From NCBI GenBank assembly GCA_013265495.1, contig MU058384.1, positions 6,406,956 through 6,470,955 on the forward strand: 64,000 nucleotides of DNA, written 5' to 3'. Below, one piece after another: positions 13,840-26,370 of the stretch. Positions within the stretch are counted from its first letter, which is position 1. Every line of letters begins with the position of its first letter. The translations under genes and the position numbers were made by a program. Below the pieces are notes generated by a model. That model worked only from the letters and a program-made list of their open reading frames with translations, did not search any database and was not told the DNA's origin. This DNA is from Vicugna vicugna. Taxonomy: Eukaryota.

Positions 13840-14400
13840 CCCTCAGTCACTTAATAGCAATTTACTGTTCCTACTTACTGGAAATATGCAAATACTGGTA
13901 AAAAACTTCAGTAAATTCTCGGCCTAGAACAGGATTTAAACTCCATGTAGCCTATTAACATTTCAATGCGGCAACTGCTATGCTAAAGCTGGAAACTGGG
14001 TGCTTTCGGAGTAAAGAGACAAGAAACATTCAACTCAGCCTCTGGCAGTCAGAGGAGATAACATTTTTGCATCTTGAGTCTTGAAAAAGAAGCAGAAAAG
14101 GAAACTTCAGGGGGAAAGGAAAGGTATCTTCCAAACAGAAAGAACCACATGCACAAAGAGATGAAGTAGAAATGGCCTGGGTGCAGTCAAGGTCTGTACT
14201 TTTCCAGGCAGCTGGAGAAGGGATTTCTTGTGAGTGGCTGGTGAGAGGTGAGAAGGCAAACTCGAACAAAGTCCTCAGCATGAAGGGCCTTGTTGATCCT
14301 GCTAAGAATTTTGGAATTTGTCTGTAGGCAACAGGGAATTTTTTTTTAAAGAATTTTAAGTCAAGGAGGGACCTGATAAAAACTGTGAACAAATGTGGTT
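13840..14400 (-). mobile_element. L2 LINE fragment
   Basis: Antisense L2-like text (CAAACAGAAAGAACCACATGCACAAAG...GAAGGGCCTTGTTGATCCTGCTAAGAATTTTGGAATTTGTCTGTAGGCAACAGGGAA). Confidence 0.6.
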
Positions 14401-16487
14401 GAACATTTTGGGATGGGAGAAGAGTCTTGGAGACAGATCCAGGATAGACCAGAATGGTCCCCCAAAAGAGACAGTCAAACTATCACGACTCTACAAAGGG
14501 AATATAACCAAGTGTGTGTAGGACAAGTGTCCCCCTAAAGCTAACATGATAATCTGAGGAGTAAACCTGTGACCTTGGCTACTGGTTAATTCACTTACCA
14601 GGCTACCCATTTCTATGACTGGTACAGGGCAAGAAAAAGTGCAACTTATTATAATAATAGACTAAGAGTCCCAAAGTTTTCCAGATCATCCAAAGTAGAA
14701 AAAAATCTATTCATCTCACTATAATTTTGGCAGATCTTCAGCAACACTTATAATAGAAAAGCATTTAATAAGCATTTACCACGTGCCCAGAACCTTGCTA
14801 GGTGCTTTCACAAATGAAGCCTTTAAAAACTAAAGTCAGCAATTAAAGACAAAACAGACCTAAATTAAACGTTTTCTTGGGTTAACTAAGAAAAACAAAA
14901 CAGTAGCACCATCTTAGTACCCAAAGTTCATGTACAAAATTTCGGTAGTACTGATGTTCTTGACAGACCCACTGAAGTTTGCATTCTTAAGTTACCTACT
15001 AGAAGCACAATTTGAGATTCCGGAAAACCTGCAAAAGGAAATTTGAACATGACTTGCCCCCCTGGTAGTTAAATTTGGCTAGAATTACTAGCGTCATAAT
15101 CATTCGTGAATACACATTTGCATTAAAATGTAAAATTTTAAGTGAAAGGAATTAGCTGATTCAGAGACCTGTTGATTCTCCAAGTCATCATTTTCAACAT
15201 CCTGGACACAGCAAGTTAGAAATATTCAGTCTCTTATTTGGAACATTCAGGTCTTTTCAAATCCTCTACGTGAGGGAGTTCAGAGTCAGAGGTGAAATGC
15301 AATGATTAGATCACCCTGCGGGGTCTATGCAAGGTATATGACCTTGTAGAGAATAAGCCCTCCAGGTATGTGGTGCACCTACTTGATTAAGGATAGAATT
15401 TCAAGTTTAATGCTATTGCTTTTGTGAGCAGAATTAAACTTAATGGTATATGAATGTAAATTTTTATGATTTAATTGTAGCCTTTCACAAGAAAGGTCCC
15501 TTTCATTTTAAAAAAGGAGTAAAGAGTTACAGAAACAGTAGTAATAATTTACATGAGAATCTAAGGTCAAATCAATTTTTGCCACTGCTGATGCTTCTTC
15601 ATTAGGTCTTTAAAGGAAAAAAGACATACTCTAGTAAAACAAATCTTGGCAGGTACAAATTCTATGAACCTCATTCAGACCTGTAATTCTATGTGGGAAA
15701 CATTTTGACTACTTTTGATTTCTTCAGTACTAAACTGAAATCAAGTTGCAGATCAGTTAGTAAGAATATTCAAAGTATACAAGGGTGAATGGACACACCT
15801 TTTGCTGATGTATTACACTGGGAGATACTTTGCCGTGTTTGAGAGTTGCTTTTTATTCTCTTTTGGTTTTCAGTGGATGACACGTAACATACTACAGCAG
15901 GCACTCTGAATTAACCCCTTTCCTTAGAATACTCATTTCTCGCAGCGACCTTCACACCCTGGATGACCCTTAGAGACAATGGGAGGTGCCAATGGTCGGA
16001 GGCAGTGTTGGTGTGTGAGCTCCAGGCCACCCACAGCCTGCTTCACTAAAAGCAGTGGACGTATCTTTAGTGGGCACAGAGTCAGTTTTCACTTGAACAA
16101 AGGGGTCTGTGGCTAACTATGTAAATCAAAATGAAAACCACTGCTTCGTTGGAGAAATACATTAAAGTTATTAAACAGATTATGAACAGCACAACAAACA
16201 TGTTCTCCTAGAGAAAATCTTAAAAATGCAAAGTCTGGTATGTAAGTATATGGAAAGTATTTCCAAAACATAAGTGAGCCCATTATGATTTAAACTTGTC
16301 TCCAGAAATTCATTACGTGGTCCTCGTTAGTTGGCTCAACATAAACATGTAGCTCTGAGATTCATAACCAGCAGTCAGGTTTAAAACAAGAGAAAAACTG
16401 TAAATCTAATAATATCTAACTAAAGGATAAAGTTTAAAAAAGCAAAGGAAAATTCTACATGTAAGTGAAATGTTAAAAAGATCTAGA

Positions 16488-16940
16488 CCCAGGTTCTTCA
16501 CATTTGGGAAGCATTCTAGACTACCAGTTTCTCCAAATGAAATCATTTGCTACCAGCCTTCATGATTTTGGCTATTTTAGCCAAGCACTTGCTCACTGTT
16601 ACTTAATACGTTTCTTTAAATAGGTGCTTTTAAATATTTTTCTGCCTCAATCCTTTTTTGGCCTTGTCTTAAACAACATTATCCATGAAATTATAGGTTT
16701 AATATGAAATTTAACATATTTCCCTAATATCCTTAGAAATAAATATGTAACTAATAATATAAAAATAAAACGTTTGCTTTGGGAGGAGGATATGGTTCAG
16801 TGGTAGAATGCATGCTTAGCATGCATGAGGTCCTGGGTTTAATCCCCAGTACCTCCATTTAAAACAAAAATTTTAAAAAGTAAATAATGTTTGCTTGGGT
16901 GCCACCTAAAATGAACTCATATATGACTGATGGGAGCAAC
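16488..16940. mobile_element. hAT-Charlie-type DNA transposon remnant interrupted by a SINE
   Basis: Charlie-like text (GCCTTGTCTTAAACAACATTATCCATGAAATTATAGGTTTAATATG...GCCACCTAAAATGAACTC) lies on both sides of the SINE at 16781. Confidence 0.5.
16781..16881 (+). mobile_element. tRNA-Ala-derived SINE (Vic-1-like), short form
   Basis: ATATGGTTCAGTGGTAGAATGCATGCTTAGCATGCATGAGGTCCTGGGTTTAATCCCCAGTACCTCCA, with TSD-like AATAAAACGTTTGCTT / AATAATGTTTGCTT. Confidence 0.92.
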
Positions 16941-16964
16941 TGCCTCATGCAAAGTTTGATGGGG

Positions 16965-17110
16965 GATCTGGGTTCAGACTGCAGAGCTGACTTCCTGGCT
17001 CCACTCTACTGCGTGATTGGGTCTCAGTTTCCTCATCTGTAAAATGGGAATAGTAAAGTGCCTAAAGTGTTTCACAAAAAGTAAATCCTCAGTAAATGTC
17101 AGGTAGGATG
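16965..17110 (+). mobile_element. MIR SINE fragment
   Basis: TCTCAGTTTCCTCATCTGTAAAATGGGAATAGTA (MIR core). Confidence 0.75.
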
Positions 17111-20100
17111 TGATGATGATAACAACTGATGATAAAAACGATGATTACTTACACAAATAGAAAGCTTACGATACAAAAGCTGAACAGATAATTTTTATTT
17201 TAAACTATACTTTAAGATCTAAATAAGAAAATATACCTTAGATATGAAATTTTAAGATGGCTATTCTATATATTGATTTAATGCAAGTTCACTTTGAATG
17301 TATTCAAATGCAATCACAGCATTCAGACTTTACCTAAAAATTTCAACCCAAAAGAAATCAACCTGTGAAAAAAATGAGATTTAAAAATCCTAACATGATA
17401 ATATAGTTCTTTCTCTCATAGCCCAGAAGCACATTAAAATAAATTTACTTACTGTACATACATAAAAGCTTTAAAAATATGAGTTGTATTTCCCCCAACA
17501 TTTCACATGGGGGAAAAATTAGAATTCCTGACATTTTAACATGGTGTTACTCTTCATCAGCCATGCACCGAAATCTCAGGGTGAAAAAAGGGCCAGACCA
17601 ATGCTGAAAGGTTTCGAATATCAAACTATACTATTATGTCAGTGCCCTAAGATCAATTAGCACCTTTCAATGACAGGAAAGGTTACAGTGAGACTTAGAG
17701 GTACACTCTCTGAAACTGTTTTAAACCACCATAGAAATGTGGTTTTGATAACTCAAAATGGTTACAATTTTTAAATTCATCGATTCACTTCTTCTTCTGG
17801 AAGAGAGAAAAGGAATCAGGGGAGTAAGGGTAGTGGTACTCATTTTCACTACTACTCTACTAGTAGAAACATGGATGGGACGTGCTAAGAATCACAAACT
17901 TCAAGAGGAAAATGGCGTATCACCAAGGCATAGCCTAAAGTGCAGAGCCACAAGCAATATTACATGACAGTAATGTTTACAAAGCCTGCAGACCTCTTAC
18001 GAGCAATCAAAGTTGCTTATGCTGCTTTGGAATATGTGATTCTTGTTTATTTTCTTCCACTCAGGTTCAAACTAAGTGAAGCCAAGTTCAGCTCCACGTA
18101 CAATTTAATGCATACTGGGTGTCCCTCACGTTAAAATACATCTAAGTGCAAAATGCAGTCTCACACACACTGCAATTAAATACTCCATTGCATCTCACTC
18201 ATCTCTAGGACAAGTGCCTGAAAGAGCATGTCATTTCTTAGCTCACTGGGAAAAATTCATGAGAAGCAGGTACACTGCAAAGTCATCCTATTCCGCCTGG
18301 TGTTGATTGCATTCACCCAGTAACTTGTAATAAAATCTCCCAAAGGTATTTCTGAATACAATTAGTTTAAGATACTCTGCAGGGAGACACATAAGCGTTC
18401 AGAGTATGTAAGAATATTATCCACTTGAAAAAGAAATTGTCATGATTATATTCTCACTGAAAAAAATAACAAGGTGTTTGATAGATGTTTTGTTCAGCTC
18501 TTCAGTGAGAGAATTCAGAACGACTTTTGATAACACACTCTTCTATTTGTTTCTTAGATGAGTGATCTGAAATATTTACAACCAGACAGTACCTAATTTT
18601 AGGTTTTAAGTGCTTTAACAGCTCCATGAAATATGACCAGCAGCTGCAATACAGAACTATGGTGAATAAACTTCTTATAAAGGGGGGCCTGTTTTTACTA
18701 AATGTTCAGTGTTCCTGCATTTACTTAACAGAGGGGAAAAAAAAAGATAATGAAAATACAATAAATACTTGCACTCTTAAAATACTTAACACTTCACTAA
18801 GTCTTGAAAAGGATTATCTCCCTTCTTCTTGAATTCTGTATGCAAAGTGTGAGCTGCCGGGTGAAATAAGTGTGATTTTATTATTTGAGAGTTAGAATGT
18901 GCACTTTGCAACATCCTGACTTTTCGTAACAATAGTCATGGTTTTTCTACCATTCTACTTTTCTAAAAATTCAGGATAATTTAATTTCGGTACATAAAAT
19001 TTTAAAAAATGAAATACCAAACCACATAAATATATTTTTAGACATGGCATCAGTCATTTAGAGCTTGCAACAGAGATTGAAAACATGAAACTAGACACTC
19101 CATTTCCCGTGGCTATGTAAAATTTATTTACACCTCACATCACAATATAAATAAAAAGGAACCTCTCAGAAATGGAGGGTTATTTTTCTTTTCATTTAAC
19201 TCAGAGGTTTTTTCCAAAGAAAAAATAAATTCCAGCAAAATGACAAACTACTCATCTACCAGTTTCCCCTCAAAAAAGAAACTTTTATGTAAAGACAGTT
19301 TTTTTGATCTGGCTTCTACAAATCTTCTAGAATGCAGCATCTGCATTTCTTAAAAATGACTGTTTTTATTCAAATGTCTTTTTATACAAATCTCAGGGTT
19401 TTTTAAATCTTCAAATTGAACAGATTACTTAAAATAAATATTTGCTAAATATATTCATACAAAAAACTTCATTTTGTAAAGGAGAAACTAAGTCTCTAAT
19501 ATCCAGTAAAATAAATCCATATCCATAAAAAAAAGAATCATCAAAGAAATCTTTTTATTTCAGTTATAATTGTGAAACAACTTCTAATTATTGATGCCCT
19601 TAAAATGTTGAAGAGCATCCTATTTTCAGGAGGTAACTGGCAAAGAAAAACTAATTTTTGAAAACTGCATTGATTTTAGACCTTTACTTATTATGAAGGA
19701 CAAGGATATATCCCTAATAATCAGGAAAAAGGAACAGTTTTCAGATAATCTAATTATGTTACTTTCAAAGCTGTAACTGTCAAAGGTTTTAACTGTCTTT
19801 TACAGCCATTTTTTAAAAAAATTGGTTTAAATATGAATGGCTTACAACTTTTAATGAGGCGGAACAAACTATTTTTATGGTTTATAATAACAATAAAAAA
19901 TGAACGTAGTTATATCTGCATTTGGTATCGTTGCCCTAAAAATCAGATTCTAGCAGTCTAGCTCCACACAAAACAGTTTGCCTCTTCTTACTACTGCTAT
20001 ATATTTCCTGGGATAATGTTATAATGCACCCTACTATGTATCAAATACTTTGTTTTAGGATTTTTCTCCCCATCCCCTTTCCTAGTTTTGGGTTCTTCAA

Positions 20101-21599
20101 CTATAAAACGGCCAGAAGAATTTTAAAAGACAAAAAAAAGGGCAGTGTTTCTGCTTAAAACCTAATTCTACCCGGGGAAGATTATCAAGTACAATCTCCT
20201 TGTCCTGAGGAAGTCTTTAAAATAAAACCAAAAACAATCCTACAGACAAAAACCCATTCTCAACTTTCAATACTATCAGTCACCTACGTGCAAGTCAAAC
20301 TCCAGGAGCTGCAGAAGGGGAGCCCGCAGCGGTTAAAGGCTCCTGAGACTCCCATCTAAGTCCCGCAGGAGCGCGCACCGAAACTGACTAACGCCCGAGG
20401 GTGCAAAAAGTGGCCGCGGATGAGAAGAGGAACAAAATGCCATATTCGAGAAGATACGTTTCGCTCCATCAATTACGTTGATCCCAGGGTGCCAAGCCAA
20501 AAGGGGTAAGAGAGAAAGAAAACTGTTAAGTATGAGCTCTTAATGTGAAACCTAACCTGTTGGTTCTCTTAGGTATCAGATTTTGGAAGTGTCTGTAATG
20601 ACAGCCAGGAAAGCAAATTAATGGCCAACGGCCCACTGGGTTTGAACACGAGACTCCTGTTACCTCCTCACAGATCAAGTACACAACACACACGCACACG
20701 GAGGTGCTCCACGTGGAACTGCTCTGCAACCAAAACACACGCCGCGTCGCTATTCTGCACTTTGGCAGAAAGGGCCGAGGGACCTGCACCTACCTCCTCT
20801 GCCCTCAGATTGAGATTCATGAATGACTCTGCCGGCTGGGCAGTGCAGGGCAGAGACGCCGGCGGCCAGAGGAGAAAAGACCGTCTACAAACGACACCCT
20901 CCCACACACGCACTCACCCAAAGCATGAACCCCATTAGCTTTCAAGGAAAGGGGAAAGATAGGTGGTGGCGAGGGGAGACGCTGCCATTCCAACTAGGGA
21001 AGGGGTGACAAAAATTAAACTGCGGTCTCCGGTTTCGCCACTACTCTGCCGCGGGACTCGGTCCGCAAATCCCCTAATAGCTCCAACCTGTTTCGAATAA
21101 TGTTCACAAAAGAAAGAAGCATCTTGAAAGTGCTACTAAACAAAGTCCTAGCTGCTGTGCGGAGCAAAATAAAACAGTACGCGCATCTACTTCCAAAATC
21201 CGCTGAACGACGCTAAAGCAGCGAGCCGTTTCAAGTCCCACAACCACCCCAGACCCAGCAAGCTTTGTAACGAGAAAACCTCCTCGCCCCGGCCAGGTTC
21301 CTCCGCTTGGCGAAGTTATAATCCCTCCACGGCATCCGCGTCCCAGGCCAATGAACGCGACTCCTCTGACAAGGCGCCTCTCATTTCACGGACCCTGGCA
21401 AACTGCAGGAGACATGGTCCACGCCACATAAAAACTACTAAACTGGGACGGCCGCAGTCGAACAGCCCTGTTGGTGCCTCGAGATTAGACCAGAAGCACA
21501 GAATGTATACACGAAACCAGTACTATGAATACCTCCAATGGACTAGGGTCAGCATCCTTGTGTCTGACTTATCTAGGGGGTCATCACAAATTAATAAAT

Positions 21600-22900
21600 G
21601 TCACAAGAAGGCTGCGGGGAACACCCAGGCGCGCGCCCCTGCGAGGCGAGGACGGGGTGCAAATGTAGAGCAGTGCATCCAGTTCCGCAACAACTCCGCC
21701 GGGGACAGAAAGGCTCGTCAGGGACCCTCGGGGCGCCGGGGCATCCTCCAGGGCAGAGTGCAACGCTGCACTCCGAGTGACCCGGGCCCTGGGGCAGGCG
21801 GCACTCAGCCATCAAGCCCCCGCGGGGCCCCGGGCGCCCACACACCGTCCCGCTGCGCGTCCTCAGTCCCCAGCACTCTGCGCCCCCAGCAGAGCCGCGC
21901 GCTTTCCGGGGGGAGTTTGCGGGATCCCTCAACTGGGCCCCAAGGGCCCCAGGATGGGGATCTGAAGAAGCACTCACCTCTTGCTGCCCAGACTGCCTCG
22001 GGATCCCGAAGTTCAAGTGTCTGCCCCAGCAACGGATCCGTGTGTCCGTATTTAGGTATTTATTCTCGTTCCTTCCAGTGTCGAAGTTTCCCCTTAGCGC
22101 TGTGCCTCTGGTGAAAAGAGGACATCCCCTTCGGCCACCCCCCCCCCAACAAATAGCGTACACAAGCTGGGGAGAGACTGGGCGGGGGGAGAAGCCGGCT
22201 ACGAGGGGGAGGAGGAAAAGAAAGGAGCCAAAACTCCGGATCGACGACAGGAAAAATAAGAAGAGAGCGCGCGCCCAGCCACCGCGGCCGTCAGTACCCA
22301 GCTTTCCCCCCCAGCTCCTTCCTGCTCCGAAAGCGGAGCGAGAACTTCACGCGGCCGGGCTTGAAGTTTTGCGCGGAAGCCGGGGCGGCCGAGCGTGCGC
22401 CGCGCCGCGGGCAGCCTCGCACTTGCGCGCGGGGCGGGGGCGGGGGACGCCGCCGCCGGCGCCCGCGGCTGCTGGAGGCCGCGGGGGGGTGCCCCCCGGG
22501 GCAGGCAGCGCGGGGCGGCGACACGCGGGGAAGCAACTCCTTTTTTTCGACCTCGGGCGACTGCCTGTTGTCATCGTTTGCGGTCCCGCGTGGGGACCGC
22601 TCTGGGCCCTGGGCGTCCCCGGTGGCGCCGCGCTAATCTCCGCGCCCTCCGCGCCGCCCCCACCCCGCCCCCACTGGCCTGGCGCCGGCCGCTGCCACCT
22701 CCCAGCGGAGGGGAGGGACCCGCGGCCGCACTCCCCTCCCTGGATCGGGGAGCCGCTGTCTGTCCCCACCTGCTTCTGCTCGGCAGCCTCCGAGTTGTCT
22801 CTAACTCTGCGGCTACCCGATCCCCGAGTGTCGGCCACTGCGGGCCCCCTGCGGAACTCCTTTCCACTTACCCCAAGGGAGGAGACAGAAAGAACTTCGC
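21600..22900. promoter_or_regulatory. Large CpG-island promoter; CpG-enriched shoulder extends to ~20280
   Basis: Very high GC and dense CpG against an AT-rich background. Tandem GC boxes GGGGCGGGGGCGGGG at ~22431-22446; no repeats inside. Confidence 0.93.
21978..22340 (-). other. Probable first (5'UTR) exon of a minus-strand gene; intron 1 runs off the left edge of the window
   Basis: Strong donor GAG|GTGAGT (plus-strand ACTCAC at 21972-21977), downstream on the minus strand of the GC-box cluster. The TSS position is an estimate. No long exon-terminal ORF; gene not identified. Confidence 0.7.
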
Positions 22901-23379
22901 CTACTTGCAACAACGTAAAATAAAAACCACCCCACGCCAGACTGGGGAGCTTTCTCTAAAGAGAGGAAATACCCCTTTCCGTGAAGATGTATGAGAGGCA
23001 CGGGTAAGCAGTATGGGGAGAGACTGTGCTGGGGAGGGCCTGGGCCCCTTCCAGCGCTGGGCACAGGTATAGGCATCCCTCCCAGATGCCCAAAGGTCAT
23101 GCTGCGACGACTGACTTCCAAGACAGCGTCAGAGCTTCCCCAGGCACATTGCTGAAGTGACATTTCATGCGTAAGCCTTCTGCGCATGCATTATGCACCC
23201 ACATAGGATTTAATATTCTGTATGCACACAAGTATACACAAGCAGAAGCCTCAGAGAAGTAGGCAATAAACAATACATAAATTTTGCATCCACTTAATCA
23301 CCTCTTAGTAAAACCTACTGCCTGTGTTGGGAACATCTTCAATTGTCACATTGATTATAAGTGTTTTAATTTATTGAGA

Positions 23380-23590
23380 ATTCACTGATTTTTGTCAGTG
23401 ATTACACTGGTCACTTATGGTACGTGTGAGTTCATTTAATTTTCACAACTCTATGGTGCGTATTTAATGCCGTGTAAGAAATAAGAAAAACGAGGCCCAA
23501 AGAAACCTAAGTAAATGTTCCCAAAGATAAATCCAGTGGTCTCTAAACACAAAGCCTATGATTCATCAAGCAGCCCCCTACACTGCCTTA
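23380..23590 (-). mobile_element. MIR SINE fragment
   Basis: TCATTTAATTTTCACAACTCTATGG...AAATAAGAAAAACGAGGCCCAAAGAAACCTAAGTAAATGTTCCCAAAGAT (antisense MIR). Confidence 0.6.
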
Positions 23591-24884
23591 GATGTGGCCT
23601 GAAGGCGTACAAATTAACTAGTAGAAATTACTATCAAAGAAAATTTAGTTTTAATATATTATCAACTGAATTGTATTCTGTACGAAGTTCAGAAAAAAAA
23701 TTCACCCTCTACTTCATCTTGGTCTTATGTAACTGACAGGAACACTAAATTCAAAAGCAAAAACAAATATTGAATACTTGTAGTTTTGACTTATTTTTAA
23801 ATTAGTGGGACATTATCCACAATTATTAACAGGCAATGGAAAAGGTCAGGTTGTAAATTTCAATTGATAAACGTGCTTATTGCTGCTCTCATCACTCACT
23901 GGGCGTTCTTTCCTGCGGATTTATTTTGGAGGGCTTAGGCACTGCCAGGCTTAATGTTTCCTTTTCTGGTCTCAAGGTAGAAAGGGTTTTGGCGGTGGGT
24001 TTGGCACAAAGAGGAATTGGAGCATGATCTAGAGCACATTCTGGCCTGAAGAGGATGCCAGTTAATATACACTGAGGAGGGAAATATCAATGGACAGGTT
24101 TAACTAACTTTGCAGATCTTGTTTTCCCCATTGTACAGGTGAGAAAACTAAGGGTGCAGAATTTTTAGCAACTTGTTAATAAATGGCAGACCTAAGATTC
24201 AACAGCCTCTGTGTAACCCCAAAGACCACTCAGCCATGGTCATGCTATTATTAGTGGTAGTAGGGAGAAAAAATGCGATTATTTTTAGTACAGTTTCTAT
24301 GTTACAGGCAAAATATGCAGTTTAAATGTTTTGTGAATCATTCACTGTCTGGAATGTTCAGTGGCTGTAGTAATTAACATGTAAAAATTTAGTACAATGC
24401 TAAATGTAATACTCTCCTCATAAGGCCACAGATTTTTAACTTTCATTTTGGTATGAAACATTATGGTGTTAATTGGACCTCTAACATAAAAGTGTGAAGA
24501 TGCATAATTTGGATAAAATAAAAATTCTTGCTTTAGTACAGCATACTGTTGACACAAGGATAGTCTTTTAGCATGTTTCTTTACTCCCTTCTAAAATCAT
24601 ATTTTCAGCAATACCGATCTTGCTTTCAAGTTACTTTCCTCCCACATAATTTTTACACATCTACGTAAGAATGTTTGCAGAAGTTATCCTAAAAAAATCA
24701 GAATTACATCACAATACTAGTTATTCAATTTCTCATTATTACTTTCAAATCCATCCACATAGTCTATTACATAGATAACACTAGGAGTGATATAAAATGT
24801 CACATTAACAGTCCAACTTTGAAATAAATTGAGCATAAGAAACAAAAAAGGTTGTATAGGCAATAATGTGCTGCTTTTTTAGAC

Positions 24885-25155
24885 AAGGCATTATTTCCAG
24901 CATTTCTACTGAATACCACTTTTATAATTATTTCCATATTACCTGTAGTATTATTGACTTAATATTTTTTCTAAATAAGCAATTTTTATTAAGTAAACTT
25001 ATCTAATAAAGGAAACTTTCTATCATCACTATAAATGGAAAACCAGTATAATTTGCCATGAATAGATGACCTTGCAGATGAATCTTTTTTACAGAAATTA
25101 TTTATCCTGTACCACCCAAAATTCTCTCACGTATCAGTCTGAGAAACACTGGTTT
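24885..25155. mobile_element. hAT-Charlie-type DNA transposon remnant
   Basis: AAAGGAAACTTTCTATCATCACTATAAATGGAAAACCAGTAT...TGTACCACCCAAAATTCTCTCACGTATCAGTCTGAGAAACACTG resembles Charlie/MER internal and terminal sequence. Confidence 0.55.
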
Positions 25156-25339
25156 AAAGAATTAAACTCCTTATGTCCCTTAGGCTCTCCAAAACATTCT
25201 CAAACCTTTTCTGTGACTGTAGAGAAATGTTTAGTTCAAAATTTTTTAAATTTAAAATTATTAGTCAATTATTGATTTCTTTGCCTAAAATATACTTGAA
25301 GTATCTGAAATTGAGGTATCTTTTTAAATTAATTTAATT

Positions 25340-25494
25340 TTTTTAAGACAAACATTACAATTTTGAGGTGGGGGGAGGCGGGGGTATCAGGTTTATCAGC
25401 TATTTATTTATTTATTAATGTAGGTACTGGGGATTGAACCCAGGACCTCATGCATGCTGTGCAAGCACTCTACCACTGAGCTGTATCCTTCCCC
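25340..25494 (-). mobile_element. tRNA-Ala-derived SINE (Vic-1-like), long form
   Basis: Reverse complement of the SINE head: AGGTACTGGGGATTGAACCCAGGACCTCATGCATGCTG...CACTCTACCACTGAGCTGTATCCTTCCCC. Confidence 0.92.
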
Positions 25495-25918
25495 TAATTA
25501 ACTTAATTTTTATTATTCTTCTTACTATCTTCCTTGTGGTAAAAATTCGAACACTTCATCAGTCCACAGTTAAAAGCCAAATTACTCTCATGGGAGACAA
25601 TAGCAGTTACTCATTACCCACCACTTCCTGCCTCAACAAACACTGAGTCTTAGGACTTAACCACTGAGATAGAAACTTTCCAACTGCTAACATCACGAAG
25701 TGGCAGCATCTATTGGCTCAATCTGGTACTGCAACAAAGTTCTACAAGGCAATGAAAAGGAAAACGCAGATCAATGGGGAGAGACGCTCAAAGAGCCTGA
25801 AAAGACATTTAGGGAAGGAAAATTCTGAAGTCCGAAATCTGCTGGAAAATTCTGGAAGTCATTCAGAAACGCCAGCAGGTCCTACATGCCAAGAATCAGG
25901 CCATCATAATATCCATAA

Positions 25919-26007
25919 GGTCCTGGGTTCAATCCTTAGTACTTCCTCCTAAATAAATAAATAAATAAATAAACCTAATTACCTCCCTCCCACAACCAAA
26001 TATAAAG
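25919..26007 (+). mobile_element. tRNA-Ala-derived SINE, 5'-truncated, long form
   Basis: Starts GGTCCTGGGTTCAATCC, then (TAAA)n and CCTAATTACCTCCC. Perfect 11-bp TSD AATATCCATAA at 25908-25918 and 26008-26018. Confidence 0.92.
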
Positions 26008-26370
26008 AATATCCATAAATGTTCGACTTCATTTGAGAAAGGTCATTTGTTGTGGGAGAAGAAAAAAAGGTGACTTAATAGCAAAAATCAGTGGAAATAA
26101 AAGATTCACTTATTAGCTATTAGCGACTCCTTTAACCAACTCCTCTGGGGCGGGCTGCTCCTGCAGTTATCGTGGGCTGTTTTTTATTTTTAAAGTGTGC
26201 TTGCCACTATTTTGGCATTGGGTTTTTTGTTTAAGCCTGATTAAACAAACAAAGCCCTCTAAGAGCTCACAATCCGAAACTTCCAATTTTTATTGTATTT
26301 TAAAGTAACCTTAAAGGAAAACCGTTCCATCGGTAGTAAGAACAAACTTTAGGCTAAAAACTGGAGTAAA

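Noticed and set aside
13437..14392. 154-aa and 120-aa ORFs
   Set aside because: They overlap MIR and L2 remnants, start at non-ATG codons and lack exon boundaries or domain similarity.
15055..15068. CTCF-like motif (also ~25695 and ~44008) and AP-1 TGACTCA sites (~707, ~6232, ~9324)
   Set aside because: Short or partial motif matches are expected by chance in 64 kb, and there is no supporting context.
21503..23187. Many overlapping long ORFs (up to 293 aa) on both strands
   Set aside because: They are Pro/Arg/Gly/Ala-rich, overlap in all frames, mostly start at non-ATG codons and show no recognisable domain. This is expected from stop-codon scarcity in a CpG island.
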